The notes: generated by a model from the letters alone, not told the origin. A DNA stretch of 64,000 nt from a virus (IMGVR_UViG_3300045988_125731:23536-87535), one strand, 5' to 3'. Shown: positions 20,577 through 30,809, counted from the first letter of the stretch. Numbers and translations are program-made.

Positions 20577-22370
20577 ATGGCATATTCAATTCAATATCAG
20601 ACTTATAATGGCGTACTAGAAGATGGGTTTATAAGTTCTACTACGCAAGATAAAACTACTTTACCCAACCCACTTCCTTTTTGCGTAAAAGAAAATAATG
20701 TTTTTAATGGTTGGTTTTTAGATTCAACATTTTCTGAACCCGCAACGGCTGGAGCAACACTTACTGAAAACGTAACTTTATATGCTAAATTTGTTACTGA
20801 AACAGACGCAGAAAGAGAATCTTATAATTTAGTTCAACCTTTAGTAGGTATGATAGCTCCATTTGACGCTACTTATTTTACAGGTGGAATTAATATTAAT
20901 GTAACTTTAGTTGGTGGTGTAGCAGTTGATAAACTATTAATTAAAGTTACAGATATTACTACTAGCACTGCAACAAAAGTAAATTTAAATTATAATTTTT
21001 ATGATGTTACAGATATTGGCGATTATATTCGCACTTTTAATATTTTTGTTTCACTAAAAGCAAATGCAGTTAAAAATAATCATAACTATAATTTAACAGT
21101 ATCTAGTGTTAGTAAAGATAGATTGGTATTATCTACTATTTCGCAACCAGCATTTTTTACTTGTTTTGCGAAACCAACATTAGATTTTTACACTGACTCT
21201 GCATTAAATACTAAATTTACTGGCTTCATTTATAATAGTACGTTAAATCTTTATCCTGTATTTAACACACAAGATATTAACAGTGCAGCAACTCTTGGTT
21301 ATTATTATGTAAATTTATATGGTCGTCCACAAGATGGTAGTGCGGAAGTATTACTTCAAGCCACCCCAGTTTTATATAACACAGGAAACCCTATACAATT
21401 TAATAATATTTTACCTAGTGGGATAGGTAGTCAATTTGCTTATCTTTCATATGTCTTAAGGTATACATTCTCTACTAGTGATGGAATGGTCATAGAAAAT
21501 TCAATTAATTGTAGTGCTACTTATGACCAAGCTGTGTTGTCTAGTTCTTATTTAGAATTAGAAAATTATTGTGGTGGATATATAAAAATTACTACTAAAA
21601 TTGATAATGATAGTTGGCAAAATATTGGAAAAGTGATTCTCACACGTAAACTATTAGATAATTCTCCTCTGACATCTAATGAAGAAATTGCTCTTATGAC
21701 ATCAACTTATAAAGCAAATTTTTCAATGATAGACCCATATAATCAATCTGGAGTAGTGTATGAATATACTTTATATCTATATGACAATGATGGAAATTTA
21801 TTAAGTTCAACTATTCATTCTAAGGTCTATAGTTCATTTGAAAATGCGTGCGTTTGCGACCCATATCAACTCTTTACTTTGAAGAGCGGCTTACAATATG
21901 GGGACTACCAAAAAGTTGCTTTAACGGGCGTATATGAGCCTTATGGAGCAATTTATCCTACAATAGTTAACAATGCTTCTATCAGTTATAATAAAGGTAG
22001 TATTACTGTAACTTCTTTAAGTAGAAGCACAATGACTAATTACAGAGATAGTGGCATTAGTTATTTAGATGAAGTTAAAAATAGAGAAATGCTTAATAGT
22101 TTCTTAACAAATAGACGACCTAAAATACTTAAAGATACTTTAGGAAATATTTGGGTTATTTATGTTAATGGTGGAGCAAATAACTCATTTAATTCTAGTT
22201 TATTCAATGCTATTAATGATACAAGTTATGATTGGGTAGAAATCGTGCCACTTACGCAAGAAGGGTTAGATAGCGTTGGTATGCTTGGTTATTTTCCACT
22301 TGTGTATAGTGATGGAACAACTAACGGTTTAACTACGACAATAGGAAATTCTAATAATATAAATATTTAA
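20577..22370 (+). CDS. large tail/baseplate protein (597 aa)
   Basis: Position upstream of a Tal-like gene. No motif recognised. Confidence 0.4.
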   Translation: MAYSIQYQTYNGVLEDGFISSTTQDKTTLPNPLPFCVKENNVFNGWFLDSTFSEPATAGATLTENVTLYAKFVTETDAERESYNLVQPLVGMIAPFDATYFTGGININVTLVGGVAVDKLLIKVTDITTSTATKVNLNYNFYDVTDIGDYIRTFNIFVSLKANAVKNNHNYNLTVSSVSKDRLVLSTISQPAFFTCFAKPTLDFYTDSALNTKFTGFIYNSTLNLYPVFNTQDINSAATLGYYYVNLYGRPQDGSAEVLLQATPVLYNTGNPIQFNNILPSGIGSQFAYLSYVLRYTFSTSDGMVIENSINCSATYDQAVLSSSYLELENYCGGYIKITTKIDNDSWQNIGKVILTRKLLDNSPLTSNEEIALMTSTYKANFSMIDPYNQSGVVYEYTLYLYDNDGNLLSSTIHSKVYSSFENACVCDPYQLFTLKSGLQYGDYQKVALTGVYEPYGAIYPTIVNNASISYNKGSITVTSLSRSTMTNYRDSGISYLDEVKNREMLNSFLTNRRPKILKDTLGNIWVIYVNGGANNSFNSSLFNAINDTSYDWVEIVPLTQEGLDSVGMLGYFPLVYSDGTTNGLTTTIGNSNNINI

Positions 22371-22392
22371 TGAAGGGAGGTTATTATATTAT

Positions 22393-24459
22393 ATGGATAT
22401 TTCTACTACAAGATATAACATTTTTAACCAACCTTTAAGAAATAAACACGTTAAAATAGAAGTGTATGATTTTTCTAATACTTTAATTGATGTGTTGCAA
22501 ACAAAAGTTATTAGTGGAAGTTTAACCTTTGACGCTGATAACGATTTACGTCGTTCTGGGTCTTTAGAACTAGCCATTCCTGCTAAATTTAACAGCCCAG
22601 TATTTACACAAAATGTTCACGCCTTTTCTTCAGTGCTTAGTGGAGAAGGGCATATTTGGTATGACCGATATTTAAAAATATTTATTGGTATAGAAAATAT
22701 AACTCTTTCTCCATTAGTAAAGGAAGAAGATAAGATAGAGTGGTTTAATATGGGTTGTTACTTGGTAGATAAACCTAGTGAACAAATATCAGCAACTGAA
22801 GATTCATTATCTTTTAATTTACTTGACAGAATGGCAGAATTATCTGACCAAAGACAAGGTCAATTGCCTAACTTATCAGTTGAGATTAGAGGCGATGAAT
22901 ATATTAATGGCGAGTGGGTAAGAAAAGAAACACGCACTGTAATAGTCGATGTGCTTACTAATCTATGTGGAATCACTAAATATGCTATAGCAGATATTCC
23001 TTCATATTACCAATATTTACCTTATAGCATAAAAGTGTCTGCAGGAGCAACAAAATTACAATTATTACAAGAAATTAGAGACACCCTTCCTAACTGGGAG
23101 TTCTTTTTTGATGAAAACGGCGTGTTTATTTTCCAAGAAATACCTAACGGCTTAACTTCACCAACGCTAAGAATTCCAGAAAACCAAGTTATTAGTAATA
23201 CATCAGACGTTGAATTTACAAATGTAAAGAATGAGATTATCATTTATGGAAAAACTCACGAAACAACTTTCTTTGCAAAGTCGGCTCGATATGCTAATGA
23301 TACAGAATTACAATTAGACTTTGATAGTTTAGGTGGTTCTTCTGGATTTACACAAAATACTTTTACTGCTGGTTCTACAATTGGTTTTACTACTCCAGAC
23401 AATGGACTAAGTAATCCAACAATCAATTATGTTTCATTTTGGTATGACAATTTTACTAAAAAGATTTTTGGCACTGAAACTTGGAGTGGAGATTTTTATC
23501 TATTTCCTTATGAGAATGCTGACGGAAATCCTTATCCAGACTTTCCTGCTCAAGCATATAACTTTGATGGAAATCAATTAGCTCCTAATACTTCTTACGT
23601 ATTATCTATGTATTATGGATTATACGATGAGAATAAAGTGTTTATATCAAATGATGGACTATATGAGATTAATAGACCAGCTTTACAATTATTATCTCAC
23701 TTGCAAGTTAAAGCGGTGAGCGTAAATAATACTGTCCGCAGTCCTTTCTATATTAATAGAAGACTTACTGGGGAAAATTATTATGGCGGTTTAAGTAATT
23801 TAAATAACTTAACTCTTGCCACTTACTCTGTATCTATTAATGATATTGATGTTAATGGAATACCTTTAACCCAATTTAATTTGGGAACAAGAATAACCTT
23901 TATGCCTCAATATCCTAACACTGAGAATAATACCAGCATATATGTAACGAACCAAGATGGCTCTTTATATGAACAAGCACATTTAATTACAACAAGTAAA
24001 ACTGTGTATCAGGCTTTACCGCAAAATTCTTTTGTGGGCGATTATACTATCTTTGTAGTACAATTAGTAGAAATTGCGGGAACTCGTTATTGGTATCTCG
24101 AAGGAAGGCTAAATTCGGCTATTCCTTACATTTTAACAGATGGTGAGTATGGTAACCTATCTTCAGATTATATCGCTCAAATTAGGGCGGATTATGAGCT
24201 TTATTTGCACTCTTATTTGCCTAATACGATTAATCTAAATGTTATACCTAATTATTTATATAATGTTAACCAAAAAATAGAATTTGGTCAAACATATAAG
24301 GACTTTACAACAAAGTCTGAACAATTGGTTCAAACATCAGATAATAAAATATTCCAAGTTAAAGATAAGAATACTAATTATTTGATTAAAAAAATTTCTT
24401 TTAACTTAGATTCTGACGCAAGCACAATGGATATTACAGCGATGGAAATTTTACAATAG
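22393..24459 (+). CDS. tail-associated (Tal-like) protein, 688 aa
   Basis: AAGGGAGGT RBS. N-terminal region resembles the structural domain of siphophage Tal / prophage tail proteins. Last large gene of the tail module. Confidence 0.4.
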   Translation: MDISTTRYNIFNQPLRNKHVKIEVYDFSNTLIDVLQTKVISGSLTFDADNDLRRSGSLELAIPAKFNSPVFTQNVHAFSSVLSGEGHIWYDRYLKIFIGIENITLSPLVKEEDKIEWFNMGCYLVDKPSEQISATEDSLSFNLLDRMAELSDQRQGQLPNLSVEIRGDEYINGEWVRKETRTVIVDVLTNLCGITKYAIADIPSYYQYLPYSIKVSAGATKLQLLQEIRDTLPNWEFFFDENGVFIFQEIPNGLTSPTLRIPENQVISNTSDVEFTNVKNEIIIYGKTHETTFFAKSARYANDTELQLDFDSLGGSSGFTQNTFTAGSTIGFTTPDNGLSNPTINYVSFWYDNFTKKIFGTETWSGDFYLFPYENADGNPYPDFPAQAYNFDGNQLAPNTSYVLSMYYGLYDENKVFISNDGLYEINRPALQLLSHLQVKAVSVNNTVRSPFYINRRLTGENYYGGLSNLNNLTLATYSVSINDIDVNGIPLTQFNLGTRITFMPQYPNTENNTSIYVTNQDGSLYEQAHLITTSKTVYQALPQNSFVGDYTIFVVQLVEIAGTRYWYLEGRLNSAIPYILTDGEYGNLSSDYIAQIRADYELYLHSYLPNTINLNVIPNYLYNVNQKIEFGQTYKDFTTKSEQLVQTSDNKIFQVKDKNTNYLIKKISFNLDSDASTMDITAMEILQ

Positions 24460-24572
24460 TTAAAGAAAGAATTATCAAACATTATAAAATAATAAAACAT
24501 ACAAACGATGTTCTTTACACAAAGAACTTAAGAATTACAACAGAAGATTTTCAAGAAAGTGGTGAGTTTAAA

Positions 24573-24992
24573 ATGAACCTTGGCACAATAATTACAATTG
24601 TTGCTAGTGTTTTAGGGGGTATTAGCACTATTGTTGGAACGATTGTGGCTGTTATTAAGTGGTTTAGTAAACAATCGAAGAAGATTATAGAAAGTGTATT
24701 AACAGAAATGTTACAAGAAAAAATCACTCCGCATATGCAAGAAATAGATAAGAATATTAATGCCTTGCAAGCAGAAGTTAATAAAAATGAAAGAGATAGA
24801 CTCCGTTCACATATAATAGATTTCTCTGAGAGGCTACGTGCAGGAGAAGTGCCAACCGAAACTTCCTTTCAGAGTATATTCTCAGAACACGACAAATATC
24901 ATTCATTAGGTGGAAATGGTTTTGAAGCTGCCTGTATGGTCTTAATCCGTGAAAAATATGATGAATATTATATGAAGACAGAATCTAAATAA
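24573..24992 (+). CDS. membrane protein with N-terminal TM helix, possible holin-like protein
   Basis: N-terminal GTIITIVASVLGGISTIVGTIVAVI TM segment, then a charged domain. Confidence 0.3.
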   Translation: MNLGTIITIVASVLGGISTIVGTIVAVIKWFSKQSKKIIESVLTEMLQEKITPHMQEIDKNINALQAEVNKNERDRLRSHIIDFSERLRAGEVPTETSFQSIFSEHDKYHSLGGNGFEAACMVLIREKYDEYYMKTESK

Positions 24993-25029
24993 GTCTAAAT
25001 AAATAATAAATTTAAAAGGAGATTTTTAT

Positions 25030-25206
25030 ATGCCTTGGAGATTAATAGCAGCTGCAAGTCCTGATTACGATAGCGATAGCTATGTATGTGATGATGTTGC
25101 AGATTTAGATAATTTACCTAAAAATAGAATAGGTTCCTATTGTTACGTAGTTAGCACTACTGACTTATATGTTTTAAATGGTGAACTTGTATGGACTATT
25201 TGCTAG
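25030..25206 (+). CDS. small conserved phage protein (58 aa), paralog of 6497..6682; absent from ORF track
   Basis: AAAGGAG RBS 7 nt upstream. Uninterrupted frame. Shares the CD..DL...GSxCYV...LYVL..L.W motif. Confidence 0.45.
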   Translation: MPWRLIAAASPDYDSDSYVCDDVADLDNLPKNRIGSYCYVVSTTDLYVLNGELVWTIC

Positions 25207-25290
25207 TTAAACTAGTTAAATTAGCAAATATTTTTATATTTTATTAATTTAATTATATTATAAAAAATTATATTATACAAGGAGGATACT

Positions 25291-25608
25291 ATGATATTAG
25301 CAACTCTTAATTCTTGGCAAATTGCCTTAATAGTTATTGCAAGCATTGTTGCTTTAGTGATTGGTTTTATATTATTCGTTAAATACGGTTGGTTTAGAAA
25401 ATTAGTTTATAACCTAGTTGTAAAAGCCGAAGTTCTTATTAAAGAATCTGGACAAGGTCAAGTGAAGAAAGCAATGGTAGTAGATTGGATACACGAAAAA
25501 TTACCTAACGCTTTAAAACCTTTTATCTCTAAAGAACTTATTTCTCAAACAATAGATAAAGCCGTTGAGAAAATGAATAAATATTTAAAAGAACAAGCAG
25601 ATAAATAA
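25291..25608 (+). CDS. holin-like small membrane protein
   Basis: CAAGGAGGATACT ATG. One strong TM (IALIVIASIVALVIGFILFV) plus charged C-terminus. Last plus-strand gene. Confidence 0.4.
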   Translation: MILATLNSWQIALIVIASIVALVIGFILFVKYGWFRKLVYNLVVKAEVLIKESGQGQVKKAMVVDWIHEKLPNALKPFISKELISQTIDKAVEKMNKYLKEQADK

Positions 25609-25624
25609 TAACTATTAAACAAAC

Positions 25625-25722
25625 CTTGCAACCAAAAAAGGTTTCAAATACAAAATGCAACTAATTTTGGTTGCAAATAAATAAAAAAAATAAAAGGGTA
25701 GTGTAAAATCTACCCTTTTTTA
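25625..25722. terminator. convergent-operon terminator region: 12-bp IR (TTGCAACCAAAA/TTTTGGTTGCAA) plus bidirectional hairpin AAAGGGTAG...CTACCCTTTTTT
   Basis: Sits between the last plus-strand gene and the first minus-strand gene. A-run and T-run flank the stem. Confidence 0.55.
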
Positions 25723-25753
25723 TGCCGAATTTAATTGTAGTTTAAATTGCATT

Positions 25754-26362
25754 TTATTCTATCTCATCTTCGTCGATACTCTCACAATGTACTTCATATT
25801 CTTTACCTAGGTCAATATCCTCTCCGTCATAAAATTCTTCATATATGATATCATAAATGTGCTGGAAGTCATAATGATATGTAGTCCTATTTAGTTTCTG
25901 AGGGATAAGTAGCCCTAGCATCTTACAGTCATCTTCGTTTATTGACTTTTTATTAAAGTCAGGCGATGTAATAAATGATATGAAATCTTCAATAGGAACA
26001 GCGTACGTTTTATTAGTTTTTCTAAAGTTAATAATAAACATAGCATTTACATCAATATACTCGGCTGCTTCTAATAAAGATTTTATTTGGTGCCATTTGA
26101 TATTTGCTGAAGTATTTTTCTTTTGTTTTGCTTCTTCTTCCGTTTGAAAACTTACACTAGTTCCTATAACTGATTTTAACTCTAAACAAAAGAGAGTTGG
26201 ATACTTATAGGCGATAAAGTCATATGGATTTTTAGCACTAAATCTTACCTTAGTGCTATCTTTACCAAAAGAAGAAGGAGGGTCTATTAGACGCAAAGTG
26301 TAAAATTTATCTTTTAATAAAGATTTTTGAAATTGGTGTTCAAAAGATTTTCCTGCGTTCAT
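25754..26362 (-). CDS. recU: RecU-like Holliday junction resolvase
   Basis: GKSFEHQF and YDFIAYKYPTLFCLELKS match RecU motifs (GK.F..., DF.A.E.K). GGAGG RBS. Confidence 0.65.
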   Translation of the reverse strand: MNAGKSFEHQFQKSLLKDKFYTLRLIDPPSSFGKDSTKVRFSAKNPYDFIAYKYPTLFCLELKSVIGTSVSFQTEEEAKQKKNTSANIKWHQIKSLLEAAEYIDVNAMFIINFRKTNKTYAVPIEDFISFITSPDFNKKSINEDDCKMLGLLIPQKLNRTTYHYDFQHIYDIIYEEFYDGEDIDLGKEYEVHCESIDEDEIE

Positions 26363-26368
26363 AAATTA

Positions 26369-26530
26369 TCATTCCTCCATTGTAATTGCAATTTGGTCTT
26401 TTGTAAAGAAAAGTGGTTGAAATATACTATCTGCAAGAAATTTTAAATAGTTGTTTGGGTCATATTTTGGAACCAAGACATCATATTTTGGAACAAAGAC
26501 ATATGGTGGGAATGGTTTAAAATTAAACAT
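26369..26530 (-). CDS. possible small protein (53 aa) containing direct repeat VPKYDVL/VPKYDPN
   Basis: Open frame between two genes. Weak RBS. DNA direct repeat CATATTTTGGAAC x2, so it may be an operator rather than coding. Confidence 0.25.
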   Translation of the reverse strand: MFNFKPFPPYVFVPKYDVLVPKYDPNNYLKFLADSIFQPLFFTKDQIAITMEE

Positions 26531-26533
26531 ATA

Positions 26534-26836
26534 TTATTTATCTTCTTGAAAATCGACATCTATATGTTCGATTTTTGCTCTTTTGCTAAGTATTATTAAG
26601 TAATTGTACATAGCATTTAATTGTTCAGTTAAAAGTTCAACTGGACAATTAGGCGTAAAGTCTACCACTCCAGAATTAATTGCCCCAATTAATGTAGATA
26701 ATTTAGCGATTCTCCACATTAATAAAAAATATTCTGCTCTAAATCTTTCTTTATAATCATCACTTTTTATTAATTCGATAGTATGATTAATTTCTTCGGT
26801 AGTTATATTATTTATTTTGTTAATTATAGGTTCCAT
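26534..26836 (-). CDS. hypothetical protein
   Basis: 100-aa ORF with GGAGG upstream. Confidence 0.45.
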   Translation of the reverse strand: MEPIINKINNITTEEINHTIELIKSDDYKERFRAEYFLLMWRIAKLSTLIGAINSGVVDFTPNCPVELLTEQLNAMYNYLIILSKRAKIEHIDVDFQEDK

Positions 26837-26988
26837 TATTTATCCTCCTTTCCATTTAATTTTTCTTCTAACGAATATTGTTTTGTTTTCATATTTGCTA
26901 GTTCATCTTTCAAAATTATTATTAAAAAATACAGATAAAAAATAATCAACATTTGTATTGCAAAAATTAAGATACCTAATAAGTTCAT
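26836..26988 (-). CDS. small hydrophobic membrane peptide (50 aa); absent from ORF track
   Basis: GAAGGAGGAATTACTTA ATG. MNLLGILIFAIQMLIIFYLYFLIIIL TM. TAATG overlap with the downstream gene. Confidence 0.35.
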   Translation of the reverse strand: MNLLGILIFAIQMLIIFYLYFLIIILKDELANMKTKQYSLEEKLNGKEDK

Positions 26989-27036
26989 TAAGTAATTCCT
27001 CCTTCTCTATATTATATGCTGTTGATAAAATAAAAA

Positions 27037-27366
27037 TCAATCATCATTAGAAGATAGGATAATTTTCTTTTTATAACTATACTTGCTATTACTAAGAGGC
27101 GTTGCCCACACCGATAATTCAAAAGCATTAGTAGGAGTAATTGCGATACGATAATATTCATTTGAGTTATCTAAATAAGGAATTTTATCATAATTATCTT
27201 TTATCCATTGAATAATTTTTGGTAATATTTCCTCATACATTTGATGGTCTTTATCTCGTATCCACCAGCTATAGTAAACTACAAATTCAAGTAAATCAGT
27301 ATTATATTGTGGTCTAAAATCATTGTTGCCTGGAATAATTAAATAAGTATTTACTGCTCTTTTCAT
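27037..27366 (-). CDS. hypothetical protein
   Basis: AGGAGAAGAGAAA ATG. Preceded by the conserved leader element. Confidence 0.45.
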   Translation of the reverse strand: MKRAVNTYLIIPGNNDFRPQYNTDLLEFVVYYSWWIRDKDHQMYEEILPKIIQWIKDNYDKIPYLDNSNEYYRIAITPTNAFELSVWATPLSNSKYSYKKKIILSSNDD

Positions 27367-27533
27367 ATTTTCTCTTCTCCTATTCTTTAAAATCTAAGGC
27401 TAAAATAAGGGGTAAAATTGAACGTTTTGTCTCTATTTGCATACCCCTTAATAACTTATAAGGGAAGTATTCAAAATGCAGAAATACCCCCTAAATAAGT
27501 CTTAAAATTGAAAATATAACACTAAAAACACTT
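27367..27533 (-). promoter_or_regulatory. conserved 5' leader element copy 1 (TTATTTAGGGGGTATTTCT box + AAGGGGTA...TACCCCTT hairpin)
   Basis: Near-identical box and hairpin architecture recurs at 57767..57900. Confidence 0.4.
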
Positions 27534-29888
27534 TTATTCCTCATATAAAGAATAAGTATATTCATCATCATTAGAAGAACTATTCTTTAAGTCTGCGTTA
27601 AGGTCATAATATCCACTTAACATTTCAGATAATAGTGTTTGTTTAGTAGAAACTTTTGTTGTAGCAATAGCAGTTTCTAATGCTCTTTTTTCAGCACAAA
27701 GAATACATTTCTTTTTTGCTCTTGTAATGGCAGTGTATACCCATTGTCTACATAGTAAAGTATAAGCAGAATAATTTACACCTACTATAACAGTATCGGT
27801 TTCACTACCTTGGAACTTATGACAAGTAATTGCATAAGCAAGTTGAAGACTACCTAACATTTTATCTTCATAAATAACTTCTCCAACTTTATCATAGTTC
27901 ATAGAAAAATCTACAACTAAGGTACGCTCTAAACGATTGATTTCTTTGATAATACCAATATATCCATTGTAAACATCAACTTTATCACCATTAGTATTTA
28001 AGCAGTTATAAGAATTAACAATATTAATTACTTTGTCTCCAACTCTAAAACACTTATCATTCTTTAATGGTAAAGTATTTAAACTCGAACATTTACTTTC
28101 TGGATTGTAGTAGTTTTGTATCATAGTATTTAAAGAGCTTACACTGATAGAACCCCTATCACGCATCGGCACAATAATTTGAAGTTTATTTATGTCTTGT
28201 AATCTTTCATAGTTTTCTTTAAATGCTTCAAAAATTGCTTGTTCTGTATGTGCATTATTAATTCTAAGTTCAAAATCTTCTAATTCTCCCCTAATATAAG
28301 AACCACCATCTACGCAGCCATTAGTAATACTTTCTCCATTACGTACGTGGAAAGACTCAGTAATAATACCACTCTTTAAGGCTTGTCTATGAATTTTATT
28401 TAAAACTTGACAAGGAATAACTCTGCATTCCAATAAGTCTTTTAAGATGTTCAAACAACCGATGCTTTCTAATTGGTTATGGTCGCCAACCATAATAAGT
28501 TTTGCTCCAGTCGGAATGGCTTGAATTAAAGCATAAAACAATTCTCCACCAATCATAGACACTTCATCAAGAATAACAATATCAACATCTAAAGGATTTT
28601 GCTTGTTGTGTAAAAATCCACCTGTTTCAACATCTATTCCTAATAATCTGTGAATAGTAGAACCTTCTAGCCCTGTAATTTCAGTTAATCTAGAAGCGGC
28701 TCTTCCTGCTAAAGCAACTTGGGCTATTCTATAACCTTTAAATGCTCTAACTAATACTTCTACAGTAGAACTTTTACCAGTACCAGAAGCACCAGTAATT
28801 ACACCTACATTAGATTCACTAAAGATTTTTGCTCCATTGATTTGTTCATCAGTTAATTTCCAACCACGTTCTTCTTCAATTTGTCTTACGATGCTATCTA
28901 TTGTATAACCTGGGAAAATACGTCTATTGTTTCCATCTAACAAGCGTAATAATTCATTAGCAATTTTACGTTCTAGATTATAATATTTAAGTAAAAATAC
29001 TCTATTGCGTTCTTCATCAAATCTTAAAATATCATTATCAGTTAATTGCGTAATAGCGTCGCCAAATGATTGCATTATAGTATCTTTATGGGAGTTGATA
29101 TATTCTGAATCAAATAGTTTAAGAACGCCTGCTGTTATAACATCTGGAGTAAGCCACGAGTTACCGACTTGAGCCTGCTCTTCTAAGTAATAACAGATAA
29201 ATCCTGCAATTCTTTGTGGACTGTCAAAAGCAATGCCAACTTTCATTCCAATTTCATCTGCTTTAGCCCAACCAATACCTTTAATATCTCTAATTAGTTG
29301 ATAAGGATTTTCTTCTAATATCTTAGATATTTTATCAAGGTTGCGATAACGTTTTAAAAGTTTATCGATAATAGATACACTTAGATTGTATTGACCTAAT
29401 TTAGAATATGCCATTTCATATTGCTTATTTTCTTCGTATTTTTGAATTATTCTTTGAGCAGTAACAGTTTTTATACCTTTTACTTCACATAAAGCGTCTA
29501 TATCTTTTTCTTTAATAACTTTTAATGGGTCGCTCAAGGTATTATATAATGCTTCAACTTGTCTTTCTGATAGGATATAAGATAAAAATTGTCGTGTAGA
29601 ATAATCATTTTCACTAGCAAGAGAAGGTTGCATATATATAATCTGATATTGTAATCCATAAGTAGGGTGTTCCACAATATTTGCCATTAACGAAAAGTAC
29701 GTTTTGGCGTCAGTATGCATATCTATTTTAGGCAATTCACCAACAACTGATATAGAATTACCACTCTTAACATCTACACACGCTAAAGTTCCCCACGTAC
29801 CCTCTGAAACTCTTTGTCCAGATGGGTATTTTATTCTTGAAACCTGTACGGTAATTTGTACAGACTTTTTAATATTAGATTTTTCCAT
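27534..29888 (-). CDS. RecD-like SF1 DNA helicase (ATP-dependent exoDNase alpha-subunit family)
   Basis: Walker A GASGTGKS, Walker B ILDEVSM, motif III VGDHNQLESIG. 784 aa. Confidence 0.8.
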   Translation of the reverse strand: MEKSNIKKSVQITVQVSRIKYPSGQRVSEGTWGTLACVDVKSGNSISVVGELPKIDMHTDAKTYFSLMANIVEHPTYGLQYQIIYMQPSLASENDYSTRQFLSYILSERQVEALYNTLSDPLKVIKEKDIDALCEVKGIKTVTAQRIIQKYEENKQYEMAYSKLGQYNLSVSIIDKLLKRYRNLDKISKILEENPYQLIRDIKGIGWAKADEIGMKVGIAFDSPQRIAGFICYYLEEQAQVGNSWLTPDVITAGVLKLFDSEYINSHKDTIMQSFGDAITQLTDNDILRFDEERNRVFLLKYYNLERKIANELLRLLDGNNRRIFPGYTIDSIVRQIEEERGWKLTDEQINGAKIFSESNVGVITGASGTGKSSTVEVLVRAFKGYRIAQVALAGRAASRLTEITGLEGSTIHRLLGIDVETGGFLHNKQNPLDVDIVILDEVSMIGGELFYALIQAIPTGAKLIMVGDHNQLESIGCLNILKDLLECRVIPCQVLNKIHRQALKSGIITESFHVRNGESITNGCVDGGSYIRGELEDFELRINNAHTEQAIFEAFKENYERLQDINKLQIIVPMRDRGSISVSSLNTMIQNYYNPESKCSSLNTLPLKNDKCFRVGDKVINIVNSYNCLNTNGDKVDVYNGYIGIIKEINRLERTLVVDFSMNYDKVGEVIYEDKMLGSLQLAYAITCHKFQGSETDTVIVGVNYSAYTLLCRQWVYTAITRAKKKCILCAEKRALETAIATTKVSTKQTLLSEMLSGYYDLNADLKNSSSNDDEYTYSLYEE

Positions 29889-29951
29889 TATATATATGCT
29901 CCTTCTTTCAAAATAAAAATGTTTGTTGTTTGTTTTATTTTAGTTTATTTA

Positions 29952-30266
29952 TCAATTATTGTCAATAGTGTAAATTTTAGTAATTTGACACACACTTATA
30001 CTAGAATTAAAGATTAAATTAGTATTAATCCACTTCACTACTTGTGGCAAAGTTGCAAAAATTATTTGCTCTTGTTTACCAGTGGAATAATCTACATAAA
30101 TAGCTTGATATTTAGGAAATAGGTACGTCATTGTACCTTTGTAAACACCCTCATCATTAGTAGATTCTTCATTAAGGTTCTCATTTTTAGTTGTTTTAGT
30201 TGTGTTATTTTCTTGATTTTCGCACATACTATTTTTTGCCCTTTTTAGCCATAACTTCTTCAGCAA
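29952..30266 (-). CDS. hypothetical protein (start uncertain; TTG at 30266 or internal ATG at 30131)
   Basis: Low-complexity N-terminus and no clear RBS. Confidence 0.25.
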   Translation of the reverse strand: MLKKLWLKRAKNSMCENQENNTTKTTKNENLNEESTNDEGVYKGTMTYLFPKYQAIYVDYSTGKQEQIIFATLPQVVKWINTNLIFNSSISVCQITKIYTIDNN

Positions 30267-30798
30267 TCTTTGTCATACGAGGTAATTGTTCATTTACTAT
30301 TTCCATTTTTGCACCAAGCTCCTCATCTTTTAAAGCGTTAACTTCTTCTCTGGTACGAAGAATAACTTTAATTGTGCCACTAGGAAGAGCTTCAGATAAA
30401 TGTGGCAACATCATTATACAATGCTTTTCAATAGCATTTGCAAAGATAGTAGACAGATTTCTTTTATGTTTAGGTTTTGCAACAAAAGAAAGTTCTTTAG
30501 TTTTATCATCTTGTAATACATCATAGTTAGTATAAGTTTGAATTAAAATATCTTTTATCTTATTGCCATCTTGTGCATTCATTTCTACATCAAGACCATC
30601 TTCAAGTTCTAATTTAATATCTTGTTCAATATCTTGTCTTTGCTCTGGAGTTAAGTCTAACCCTTCAACTGCTGTTTCAACTCTTTTATGATAAAGGTCG
30701 TCGATTGCTTTTTGTAGCCCTATGATTTCATATAATTGTCCAATATGTCCTAATTGTTTGATATCTTCAATATTAAAATTAAATATTTTTTCTTCCAT
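30229..30798 (-). CDS. hypothetical protein (start refined to ATG after AAAGGAG; track start is 30846)
   Basis: AATAAAGGAGAATAAT ATG at 30798, 9 nt after the dnaE stop. Confidence 0.45.
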   Translation of the reverse strand: MEEKIFNFNIEDIKQLGHIGQLYEIIGLQKAIDDLYHKRVETAVEGLDLTPEQRQDIEQDIKLELEDGLDVEMNAQDGNKIKDILIQTYTNYDVLQDDKTKELSFVAKPKHKRNLSTIFANAIEKHCIMMLPHLSEALPSGTIKVILRTREEVNALKDEELGAKMEIVNEQLPRMTKIAEEVMAKKGKK

Positions 30799-30809
30799 AT
30801 TATTCTCCT

